Shown here piece by piece: positions 1-7,696 of a stretch of DNA of 32,000 nt. The position numbers and the translations under genes were made by a program. Source of the DNA: Ignicoccus pacificus DSM 13166 (GTDB taxonomy: Archaea > Thermoproteota > Thermoprotei_A > Sulfolobales > Ignicoccaceae); NCBI GenBank assembly GCA_025340205.1, contig CP006868.1:1-32000 (forward strand), read 5' to 3'. How positions within the stretch are numbered: position 1 is the stretch's first letter; each line of letters starts with the position of its first letter. The notes beneath the pieces were generated by a model that worked only from the letters and a program-made list of their open reading frames with translations, did not search any database and was not told the origin of the DNA.

Positions 1-70
1 GCTCTATGAGCCTCCCAAGGTGATTCAGATTAGATACTCTTTAACTGTGGTAGCGTCCGCTAGAGGAAGG

Positions 71-78
71 TATATATT
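71..78 (+). promoter_or_regulatory. Putative TATA box (tatatatt) upstream of the aldehyde ferredoxin oxidoreductase gene
   Basis: AT-rich TATA-like octamer about 34-41 nt upstream of the TTG start codon at 112, the spacing expected for a short-leader archaeal transcript. Confidence 0.45.
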
Positions 79-111
79 CACTTACCATGTCCATAATCCT
101 GGTAGATATAT

Positions 112-1977
112 TTGGTAGACTTTACTCTCCTTAGGATAAATCTAGATGAGCAGAAAGTCAGAGAAGAGAAAGTGGATGAGAAAACCTTGAGGAAATTTAT
201 CGGTGGAAGAGGTCTCGGCGTTTATCTAGCCCTTAAGGAGATACCTAAGGGGGCAGATCCCCTTGGCCCTGAAAACAAGCTCTACATTATGGCGGGACCC
301 GTAACCGGTACCGCTGAAGGATTCGAGGCGGGAAGAACTCACGTCATAGCGAAGAGTCCCTTGACTGGTCTTATTGGAGAAAGTAACATGGGAGGAAGGT
401 TTGCTCCTTGGATGAGGTTCTCTGGATATGAGGGCATAGTTCTGGAGGGTAAGAGTGAGGAACCCGTTTGGATAAGCGTCATTAACGGTGAGGTTAAGTT
501 CCATGACGCTAAGCCCATTTGGGGAAGAGGTACTCACTACGCAGAGTACTATATCAGGAAGACCTTGAAGGAAGGACCTAAGGACGGTGGAGTGCTAGCC
601 ATAGGTCCTGCTGGAGAGAATAAGGTCAAGCTCGCTGCATTGATCCATGCTGGAGCGAGGGCAGCTGGAAGGACCGGCATGGGTGCCGTCATGGGTTCGA
701 AGAACGTTAAAGCAATATTCGTAATGGGCGATCGTAAGCCAGAGATCGTTGATAAGGAGAGGTTCGAGAAGGGCGTAAAGCTTCTGAAGGACAAGATAAA
801 GACCCATCCAATTAGAAAGGCCTTGAATAGCTACGGTACAGCCGTCCTCGTAAATATAATCAATGAGATAGGAGCACTCCCTACTAAGAACTGGACTAAG
901 GGAACCTTCGAAAAGGCTGAGGCCATTAGCGGCGAACATATGGCGGAGAAGTACTTGGTGAAGACGAGAGGATGCTGGGGGTGCCAGATCGAGTGTGGTA
1001 GGTTGGTAAAGACCTACTCTCCAGAATGGGGAGTACCGGAGGGCTCTAAGGGACCCGAGTACGAGACCATATTCGCCATAGGCTCTAACTTGGAATTAGG
1101 TAACCTAGAAGCCATAATTAGGCTCAATCACGTCCTTAACGACATGGGTCTCGATACCATAGAGTTCGGAAACTCTGTTGCTGTGTTGATGGAACTCTAT
1201 GAGAGACTGAGTAAGGGTGAGATACCTCAAGATAAGGCAGAGGAACTCCAAAAGCTACTCGACGGACTTCGCCCCATCTGGGGAACCCCCAACCCAGTCT
1301 TGGAGCTCGCCTACAAGGTCGCTAGAAGAGATGGAATAGGGGAGATAATGGCCGAAGGTGCAAAGGCCTTAGCCGAGCACTTCGGCTGTGATTGCGTCGC
1401 CGAGGCTAGAGGAATGAGCCTACCAGCCTACGATCCTAGGGCGATAAAGGCAATGGCATTGGCCTACGCTACCTCCAACAGAGGAGGCTGTCACCTTAGG
1501 GCGTACGCGGTCAGCTTCGAGGTGCTAGGCGTACCCGTGAAGACCGATCCGCTAGAAGTCAGCGTCGAGAAAGCCAAGATGGTCAAAGAACAGCAAGACT
1601 TCTTCGCGTCAATCGATAGCATGATAGTGTGTAAGTTTAACACATTCATGACTCCAATGCCAGAGGACTACGTAGACCTACTTGCCGGAGTGACCGGATG
1701 GGACGTAACCGCGGAGGAGATAATGGAGATTGGCGAGAGGATATACAACGTTGAGAGGTTGTTCAACGTAAGAGAGGGAGATCCGGGCGATTACTTAAGC
1801 AGGAGACTGATCGAGGAAGCTCTACCAGACGGACCAGCTAAGGGAGAGACGGCCAAGAAGGCATTGGAGGTAATGCTGCCGGCATACTATGAGTTCAGAG
1901 GATGGAAGGATGGCGTGCCTACGGCGGAGACTCTGAAGAGACTAGGCTTACAAGAGTTCGAGTACATAATTCAGTGA
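112..1977 (+). CDS. Aldehyde ferredoxin oxidoreductase family (tungsten/molybdopterin) protein
   Basis: 621-aa ORF with TTG start. AOR-family N-terminus (FIGGRGLGVYLALKEIP...GPLTGT-like region), Fe-S motif CWGCQIECG and downstream SMIVCKFN cysteine typical of AOR proteins. Confidence 0.93.
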   Translation: MVDFTLLRINLDEQKVREEKVDEKTLRKFIGGRGLGVYLALKEIPKGADPLGPENKLYIMAGPVTGTAEGFEAGRTHVIAKSPLTGLIGESNMGGRFAPWMRFSGYEGIVLEGKSEEPVWISVINGEVKFHDAKPIWGRGTHYAEYYIRKTLKEGPKDGGVLAIGPAGENKVKLAALIHAGARAAGRTGMGAVMGSKNVKAIFVMGDRKPEIVDKERFEKGVKLLKDKIKTHPIRKALNSYGTAVLVNIINEIGALPTKNWTKGTFEKAEAISGEHMAEKYLVKTRGCWGCQIECGRLVKTYSPEWGVPEGSKGPEYETIFAIGSNLELGNLEAIIRLNHVLNDMGLDTIEFGNSVAVLMELYERLSKGEIPQDKAEELQKLLDGLRPIWGTPNPVLELAYKVARRDGIGEIMAEGAKALAEHFGCDCVAEARGMSLPAYDPRAIKAMALAYATSNRGGCHLRAYAVSFEVLGVPVKTDPLEVSVEKAKMVKEQQDFFASIDSMIVCKFNTFMTPMPEDYVDLLAGVTGWDVTAEEIMEIGERIYNVERLFNVREGDPGDYLSRRLIEEALPDGPAKGETAKKALEVMLPAYYEFRGWKDGVPTAETLKRLGLQEFEYIIQ

Positions 1978-2141
1978 TATATCTCCAAATATATTCTGCT
2001 ACGTCTATATCTTTATCCCTTTCGAAGGGGACAAAGCTTTTGGAATGATAAGAAGTTTCAAATTTCTAAACAGGATATGTATGCCGAGCTGATGCCTAGG
2101 AATGTGGGTTAACTATGGAAGAGGGGAAGAAAAGAGGTTTG

Positions 2142-2627
2142 TTATGCGGAAGCCTCGGCCACGAAGCCCTTCTCCTCGAGCTTCCTGGCGGCCTCAGCTA
2201 GGTAGTGCAGTAGCTCGGCGGGGGTCTCGAACTCGTCCTTCTCGATGCGGTCTAGTAGCACCTCGATGGGTATGCCTCTCCAGTAAAGGCCCTTTAGCTT
2301 CTCCTTGAGCTCCTCCTTCTTGACGGGGAAGTCAGTGCCCTTTAGTCTCCTTAGTACCTCAGCGGCCCAGCTGATACCGACCCTTCCCTTTCCGGTGACC
2401 TCACCCTTCTGCTCTAGCTTCCTAGCGGCTTCGGCCAAGTAGTGGAGTACCTCGGCGGGAGTGTGGAACTCGTTGACCTCTATCTCGTCTAGTAGCTTCT
2501 CAATAGGTATTCCCTTCCAGTAGAGTCCTTGGAGCTTCTCCTTTAGCACGTCCTTAGTTACTGGGAAGTCGACACCCTTTAGTCTCCTCAATACCTCAGC
2601 TGCCCAACTAATTCCTCTATAGGGCAT
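2142..2627 (-). CDS. Tandemly duplicated DUF2795-like small-domain protein
   Basis: 161-aa ORF. Two copies of GISWAAEVLRRLKGxDFPVxK...LxGLYWxGIPIExLLDxIExxEFxTPAExLHYLAEAARKLE. The 'LKGVDFP...' start and 'EF.TPAEV' end resemble DUF2795. Confidence 0.7.
   Translation of the reverse strand: MPYRGISWAAEVLRRLKGVDFPVTKDVLKEKLQGLYWKGIPIEKLLDEIEVNEFHTPAEVLHYLAEAARKLEQKGEVTGKGRVGISWAAEVLRRLKGTDFPVKKEELKEKLKGLYWRGIPIEVLLDRIEKDEFETPAELLHYLAEAARKLEEKGFVAEASA
2160..2615 (-). repeat. Internal direct repeat (two units, period about 79 codons) within the 161-aa ORF
   Basis: Residues 5-77 and 84-156 align without gaps. By manual count about 59 of 73 residues are identical. Confidence 0.9.
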
Positions 2628-2716
2628 CCGCTCTCACCGTTACTGAATAGTCTGCGAAGCTTTATTAGTTAGAGGGGAATGGTAACACCTAGCATAAACG
2701 TACAAATTTATGGTCG

Positions 2717-3700
2717 TTAACGAGCAATACCTGGTTTGAGATTTTCGATGCTATAGAGACTTCTATAATCGATTGGACGGAACTCGTCAACTACCTTCTG
2801 TATGACCTCCTCAACCGGTTCTTTTCTCATCGCATGAAGGACGAAATAGACGGGGTAAGGCCACTCGGGAGGAACCTCCCTTGCGACTACGTGGGACGCC
2901 TCCCAAACGTTCTCCGCTATCTTCTTGCAGACTTCGATATCGTTATCCACGTTCATCACAACCATTACATTATATTTGAAGCCTACCTTATCACCATCGA
3001 TACTGGCACCTGGGTTTCTCAATATGTTATGTTCTAACATAAGTTTTACTTTATCTAGGAGTTCTCCTTCACTCATATTGAACTTCTCAGCTATTTCCTT
3101 ATACGGTCTCGATACAACCTTGAGTCTTGAGACTGCCTTAGGTAATTCCTTCGGTAGACCTAGCTCCTCCGGTCTTGGCACCCTATCCCTTTGAGGTGCT
3201 GGTGGACTCCATGCTATTCCTCTAATTAGATCATATTTAACGCTCACCTTACATACCTTCTTACTTGGTAGGATAATGTACTTAGTAAAGCCCAAAGGCT
3301 CAAGGATGTCCTTTACGTCGTTCTTTAGATCTTCGAGGGTCTTGGCCTTTATGGTAAACCAGACTTGATAGTCTGGATCGTCTCTCAAGTAGTTATGCGT
3401 GACTTCAGGATTCTTTAGTAATACGTTCTTCAACTTCTCTACCTCATCTCTAGAGGTTGCCCTAACGCCTACTAGCGCGGCAACCTTCCCTTGAGACTTA
3501 TAGTTGACAGTAAACCCTATTCTCTTAATAATCCTTTGTTCTAGGAGTTCTCTCGTCCTTTGAAGAACCTTGTTCTCACTCACGTCCAACCTCTCTGCTA
3601 TGTCCTTAAATGGCGTGAGCGTTAATGGAAAGTTATATTGAAGCTCGTTAAGTAGATGTGCATCGAATTCTGTTAGCACTTCAAGCACCGTCGCTCTCAC
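2717..3700 (-). CDS. Siroheme decarboxylase, AhbA/AhbB-like fused (Lrp/AsnC-type double HTH + ligand domains)
   Basis: LLNELQYNFPLTLTPFKDIAERLDVSENKVLQRTRELLEQRIIKRIG half, followed by a second half with VVSRPYKEIAEKFNMSEGELLDKVKLMLEHNILRNPG and EASHVVAREVPPEWPYPVYFVLHA. The open frame extends to 3838, but that extension is non-conserved-looking and overlaps rps26e; GTG codons at 3700 or 3688 are more plausible starts. Confidence 0.75.
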   Translation of the reverse strand: MRATVLEVLTEFDAHLLNELQYNFPLTLTPFKDIAERLDVSENKVLQRTRELLEQRIIKRIGFTVNYKSQGKVAALVGVRATSRDEVEKLKNVLLKNPEVTHNYLRDDPDYQVWFTIKAKTLEDLKNDVKDILEPLGFTKYIILPSKKVCKVSVKYDLIRGIAWSPPAPQRDRVPRPEELGLPKELPKAVSRLKVVSRPYKEIAEKFNMSEGELLDKVKLMLEHNILRNPGASIDGDKVGFKYNVMVVMNVDNDIEVCKKIAENVWEASHVVAREVPPEWPYPVYFVLHAMRKEPVEEVIQKVVDEFRPIDYRSLYSIENLKPGIAR

Positions 3701-3766
3701 AAACGAACATCTAAATCTCCAGCAGTTAGGTCGTAAGATAATAAGGGAGTGAATACTACTTGAATC

Positions 3767-3773
3767 TTTAAAT
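3767..3773 (+). promoter_or_regulatory. Putative TATA box (tttaaat) for the S26e operon
   Basis: Located about 33-39 nt upstream of the ATG at 3806. Confidence 0.4.
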
Positions 3774-3805
3774 CCCCTCGCAAAGGCGGAGCTTACGGTG
3801 CTAGG

Positions 3806-4090
3806 ATGCCCAAGAAGAGGGAGAACAGAGGTAGGCACAAGGGTGACAAGGGAAAGACCGGGACTGTACAGTGTGATAACTGTGGAAGGATAGTACCCGC
3901 CGACAAGGCCATCTGTGTGACCAGATGGTATAGCCCCGTAGATCCCCAGTTGGCAAGGGAATTAGAGAAGAAGGGTGCGATTATCCCAAGGTATAAGATA
4001 ACTAAGTGCTATTGCGTAAGCTGTGCCGTGCACTATGGAATAGTTAAGGTAAGGCCGAGCGAAGAGAGGAAGAGAAGGGGAATATATTAA
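3806..4090 (+). CDS. rps26e: Small ribosomal subunit protein eS26 (S26e)
   Basis: MPKKRENRGRHKGDKGKTGTVQCDNCGRIVPADKAI...RYKITKCYCVSCAVHYGIVKVR with the paired zinc cysteines characteristic of S26e. Confidence 0.95.
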   Translation: MPKKRENRGRHKGDKGKTGTVQCDNCGRIVPADKAICVTRWYSPVDPQLARELEKKGAIIPRYKITKCYCVSCAVHYGIVKVRPSEERKRRGIY

Positions 4091-4663
4091 TTGAGAATCT
4101 TCGTTACCCAATCTAAGACAGCAACCACGACTCCATATTTCCCTAAGAAAGGGATAGCTTCCCATACCGGTCGTTTAGACGTCATAGCTAGAATGCTAAG
4201 AGCTGCCCTATGGAACGCTCAGGGTTTGAGGAAGGACAGCGTTTTCGTCGCAGTATTGGAGGGACCCCCCAACGCCCCTCTGTCCCTGACCTTCAAGGGC
4301 AAGGAGCTGGAATGTTATCTTCTAAATGAGTTTGAGAGCGTTGAGTGTATCAGAAGGTGTATGAAAGGTGAGCTGAAGGGTTGTAAAGTCGAGCGTAAGG
4401 ACTTGGGAGAAGTCCTTAGGAGCATAGGAGTCCCCATAGTACTTCTTTCTGAAGATGGTAAAGATATAGATGAAGTGAAAATTCCGAAAAGCTTCGCCGT
4501 GGTTTTGGGATCTCAACACGACGTTGAGCTACCGAGCGATATAGAAATATCTCTAAAGGTTAGCGTGGGACCGAGGAGCTACCTCGCTTCCCATTGCATT
4601 TCGTTTTTGCACTACAAGCTAGATGCTACCATGGGCTCTGAACCCAGACAACGTCTAAGCTAA
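4091..4663 (+). CDS. trmY: tRNA (pseudouridine(54)-N(1))-methyltransferase TrmY
   Basis: FVTQSKTATTTPYFP...ASHTGRLDVIARMLRAALWNAQGLRKDSVFVAVLEGPPNAPLSLTFKGKEL and C-terminal SVGPRSYLASHCI, typical of the SPOUT TrmY family. TTG start directly abutting the rps26e stop. Confidence 0.9.
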   Translation: MRIFVTQSKTATTTPYFPKKGIASHTGRLDVIARMLRAALWNAQGLRKDSVFVAVLEGPPNAPLSLTFKGKELECYLLNEFESVECIRRCMKGELKGCKVERKDLGEVLRSIGVPIVLLSEDGKDIDEVKIPKSFAVVLGSQHDVELPSDIEISLKVSVGPRSYLASHCISFLHYKLDATMGSEPRQRLS

Positions 4664-5885
4664 CGCACCTAGCTTCCTTCCCTAAGAAGGAGCTGAAGGA
4701 AGGTTCCGTTCTTCCTTCATCACCACTTATCAATTCCTTTATGTATAATCCGCCTTGACATTTTATGAGTGCTAGGAAACTCTTTTCGTTTAACCTCTTC
4801 GTCTTAACCCAGTGTAGCTTCTTCTCTCTAATTAGATCTTTTCTCCTGTGTGCCACTCTCCTAGGAGTCCTCTGTGAGATTATGATTTCTTTAAATTGAT
4901 CTTCCAAGGCTTCAAGTTCGTCCTCGCTAATCCCTTCAGGAACATAGACTACGGCGAGATATACCTTATCCTTTAGGGAATCGAAGTTTTTGAGTCTGCT
5001 AACGTAGCTCCTATCAATAAACCCTTGAAACTTTAGGTGAACCAACCCATCCCAATATTCTCTGCCTTCTGTCTTTACGAACCTCTTCTTGGGACGTTTT
5101 ATCTCGGCGATGAACGGTCGTCCGGAACCTAACGCTCTTACGTCCACGTCCTCTCTTCCGGCAGCATGGAGAACGACCTCTCCTCCGAAATCTTTCAATG
5201 CCTCTTTCAAGGCTCCCTCAACGGAATGGGGATACTTCCAAACGCTCTGAGAGGTTCTCCTACCCACCTTCTTATATTTTCCATAGATGAAGACGGGTTT
5301 TATCTGAAGATGTACTATATCCTTTGACATATCAATAATTGCAATTATATCCGGATCCTCGAAGTCAGGCTCCTTAGATAGGAGATCCCTCACCTTTTTT
5401 CCTACTTCTCTTTTTAATGAATTCTTCACGCTTTCGCTAAATGGTAAACGGAAATTCGCTATGATTTCTCTTTGTTTGAGCTCCATGTCTCCACAATCGG
5501 TGCATCCTACCAGGAACGAGTTGAATTCGTATTCCCTTAAGATCCTCACTATCTTGTCGCTCCAATATTCTACTAACTTCTCCCACTCGTTTCCACAAAT
5601 ATAGCATTTCTTTTCAATGAGATCTAGGCCTAGCTCCTTCGCTATTTTGATTGTTTCCTCATGGGGTAAGTTGGATAGAATTCTCTCAGCTTCCTCCTTG
5701 CTGAGCTCTCCTACCCTCCTAAGTCTATCGATTTCCATTATAATGCTTCTTCTTAAGGCCTCACCGCGGGCCCTGTTTCCAAGACCCTTTCCGAGCCTGG
5801 CAAAGAGTGATCCCAAACAATTATCACAGAGGGGATACTCCTTCACAACTTCCATGGCCTTCGACAAAACGTTGTTGAACTCCAT
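4626..5885 (-). CDS. pus10: tRNA pseudouridine(54/55) synthase Pus10
   Basis: N-terminal zinc motif YPLCDNCLGSLFARLGKGLGNRARGEALR, KCYICGNEW, IYGKYKKVGRRTSQSVW, HAAGREDVDVRALGSGRPFIAEIKRPKKR and HWVKTKRLNEKSFLALIKCQGGLYIKELISGDEGRTEPSFSSFLGKEA. Confidence 0.95.
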   Translation of the reverse strand: MEFNNVLSKAMEVVKEYPLCDNCLGSLFARLGKGLGNRARGEALRRSIIMEIDRLRRVGELSKEEAERILSNLPHEETIKIAKELGLDLIEKKCYICGNEWEKLVEYWSDKIVRILREYEFNSFLVGCTDCGDMELKQREIIANFRLPFSESVKNSLKREVGKKVRDLLSKEPDFEDPDIIAIIDMSKDIVHLQIKPVFIYGKYKKVGRRTSQSVWKYPHSVEGALKEALKDFGGEVVLHAAGREDVDVRALGSGRPFIAEIKRPKKRFVKTEGREYWDGLVHLKFQGFIDRSYVSRLKNFDSLKDKVYLAVVYVPEGISEDELEALEDQFKEIIISQRTPRRVAHRRKDLIREKKLHWVKTKRLNEKSFLALIKCQGGLYIKELISGDEGRTEPSFSSFLGKEARCVSLDVVWVQSPW

Positions 5886-5903
5886 TCCTATCCCAGAGAG
5901 GGC

Positions 5904-6338
5904 TCAAGAAGTAGTGAATAAATCGAGATCCTTTAGCGCCCTATCCAATTCTATGTTTAAGATAGCCACTCTTTGATCGATTTCGTAGATATCGAGTCCC
6001 TCGCAGCCTAGAGGATCTATCAAGTATCCCAGTTTACTTCCCCCGAGTTCACCACAAAACTTCGTGAAGGGGGGTTCCTCCGGACACTTCTCTTGAAGAG
6101 TTACACCCCTGAGCCTCTTCCCTCGCTTTAACGCTCTGAACATGCCAATTAAGCTCTCCGAATCTGGATACACCCTTCGTGCATTCCATCCCTCGATTAT
6201 TACCACGCCATATTCTTTTACGTTGACTACTACCTTTGTATCCTTCCTTATGGCATTTGAAAGGAAGAGGGCTGAGTTTATTGTGAGAGCGGCTATGGGA
6301 GGATCCAAGGGCTCACAAACCCTTATCTCCCTCTGCAC
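5904..6338 (-). CDS. Uncharacterised archaeal protein
   Basis: 144-aa ORF lying 18 nt upstream of pus10 on the same strand and overlapping the next upstream ORF by 16 nt. Protein-like composition; no family recognised. Confidence 0.6.
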   Translation of the reverse strand: MQREIRVCEPLDPPIAALTINSALFLSNAIRKDTKVVVNVKEYGVVIIEGWNARRVYPDSESLIGMFRALKRGKRLRGVTLQEKCPEEPPFTKFCGELGGSKLGYLIDPLGCEGLDIYEIDQRVAILNIELDRALKDLDLFTTS

Positions 6339-6883
6339 CTCTTCAGCTCCTCCCTGAGTTCAGTCAAAACCTTTGAAATAAATTGTGCCATATGTGTATG
6401 TGCTTGGATGACGTCTTGAGTTACGTCGACATTGTTATGGGAAGCATACACCAGTATCTGGGGTACGAAAGCCAGCGAATTGAGCAATACGCCGTTTTCC
6501 AGTTCGTCTAAATAGGGTATCTTTAGTGCTTCATGTGCTAGGTACTTTAGGGCCTCCTCACTACCCTTTTCCTTACAGATTCTTTCTACTCTTTTCATTA
6601 TTTCATTAGTAAACTTAGCGGCATCATCTTGACAGTTTATGGTGAAAGGTCCCATGTTTATACTACTTGGCGCCCTTGAGATACTTCCTTTGATCATGGG
6701 GATGAGTTCGTCGCATTTTGGTGGACCTGCATGGCCCAGTAGTAGTGCCACGCCAGCTGCTGGATAGAGAGGCATTCGCACGCATATGTCTTGGAGTATC
6801 CTATCACCGTACTTCGTTCTGAGGGCTTCAATTATCAGAAGGGTCATGTCACCTAGAAGGTTTGAGGCCTCTTCAACCTTCAT
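6323..6883 (-). CDS. Uncharacterised protein (mostly helical)
   Basis: 186-aa ORF, translationally overlapping the 144-aa ORF in a likely pus10 operon. No family recognised. Confidence 0.6.
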   Translation of the reverse strand: MKVEEASNLLGDMTLLIIEALRTKYGDRILQDICVRMPLYPAAGVALLLGHAGPPKCDELIPMIKGSISRAPSSINMGPFTINCQDDAAKFTNEIMKRVERICKEKGSEEALKYLAHEALKIPYLDELENGVLLNSLAFVPQILVYASHNNVDVTQDVIQAHTHMAQFISKVLTELREELKRCRGR

Positions 6884-6927
6884 TTCTCACATACCAATCT
6901 TCGAGATCATGATGGGTATATTAGTCA

Positions 6928-6991
6928 CACCTCAGCCTTTGGGTTCTCGGCCATCCCTTGGGTTAACCAGACCCACTGGTCATCATCGGTA
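6928..6991 (-). ncRNA. Candidate box C/D guide sRNA
   Basis: Minus strand: TACC-G-[ATGATGA]...[CTGA]-GGTG. Consensus C box (6980-6986), consensus D box (6932-6935), 55 nt from C to D, 3-nt K-turn bulge and a 4-bp terminal stem (one G-U), in a noncoding gap. D'/C' is degenerate. Confidence 0.42.
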
Positions 6992-6996
6992 GCGGG

Positions 6997-7563
6997 TTAC
7001 CTTAATGCCCTGATCTTCTTGACGGTTACCACGAGTATTGAGTCCTCTATCATTGCCTCCACCTTCACACGTTCATTGCCTCTACCGTGTTCCCTCAGAC
7101 CTTTTCTTACTATAGCCGCAATGAGCAACGCTTCGGGACTCAGAGTAAATGACGTTATCCCTCTCTGCTTGAGCATGCTGTGCGTTGGTTTGAAGACACT
7201 ATCCTTTATAACAAACTTCCAAGTGTTTTCATCGGGTTGTTCTAGAGTTACATCCTTAGCTATTCCAAGTTCTTGAAATGCATCTAGGACAGATTTCAAG
7301 GGATCTTCATGGTCTTTAGTATTTAGTATTTTGTCGACATACTCTAGAAGACTGTCTCCGAGTTCTGAAATGAGCATTTGGCTCATTGCATTCGCTGCAG
7401 CACCTAATGTTCTGTACAACGCTATCTGATATGCCGTAATTATGCCGTTCACGAGTGCTGAATTGATACACTTCCCGCGGACGCTTTCGAGGACCTCCTC
7501 ACGTGCCTTGGCAACGCTCTCCCTAGACTTCAAGTTACCAGTTTCGCGGCGCTCCGTCATCAT
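6997..7563 (-). CDS. Uncharacterised protein
   Basis: 188-aa ORF with plausible protein composition (LISELGDSLLEYVDKIL...HSMLKQRGITSFTLSPEALLIAAIVRKGLREHG). No family recognised. Confidence 0.6.
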   Translation of the reverse strand: MMTERRETGNLKSRESVAKAREEVLESVRGKCINSALVNGIITAYQIALYRTLGAAANAMSQMLISELGDSLLEYVDKILNTKDHEDPLKSVLDAFQELGIAKDVTLEQPDENTWKFVIKDSVFKPTHSMLKQRGITSFTLSPEALLIAAIVRKGLREHGRGNERVKVEAMIEDSILVVTVKKIRALR

Positions 7564-7632
7564 TGCGTAAACCCGGTTGAAAGTAAGTTAGAATAGGGGT
7601 TAATACTCTAGCATCTAACATTGACTCACTTT

Positions 7633-7696
7633 AGGGTTCGGTAGGGTAACCGCCTCCTCATCGAGACTCGGGCACCCCGAAAATTCCTCATTCCTA
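7633..7696 (-). ncRNA. Candidate dual-guide box C/D sRNA with variant boxes (C/C' ATGAGGA, D/D' CCGA)
   Basis: Minus strand reads ATGAGGA-13 nt-CCGA-6 nt-ATGAGGA-13 nt-CCGA. Plus coordinates: C 7685-7691, D' 7668-7671, C' 7655-7661, D 7638-7641. It begins at the purP stop codon in an otherwise noncoding gap. Confidence 0.55.

Noticed and set aside
226-939. Minus-strand ORFs of 103, 81 and 114 aa
   Set aside because: Entirely antisense to the well-supported aldehyde ferredoxin oxidoreductase gene.
2040-2095. Possible box C/D sRNA (ATGATAA...CTGA) on the plus strand
   Set aside because: No compatible D'/C' pair, no terminal stem and no compensatory pairing. Chance-level match.
2102-2308. 68-aa plus-strand ORF
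   Set aside because: Arg/Pro/Ser-rich translation antisense to the duplicated DUF2795-like protein; it starts in the intergenic region and has no protein-like features.
3701-3838. N-terminal extension of the AhbA/B-like ORF
   Set aside because: Upstream residues (MPTSVLPLLGHPSTVSS...) are unlike the family and overlap the S26e promoter and start. GTG starts at 3700/3688 are more reasonable.
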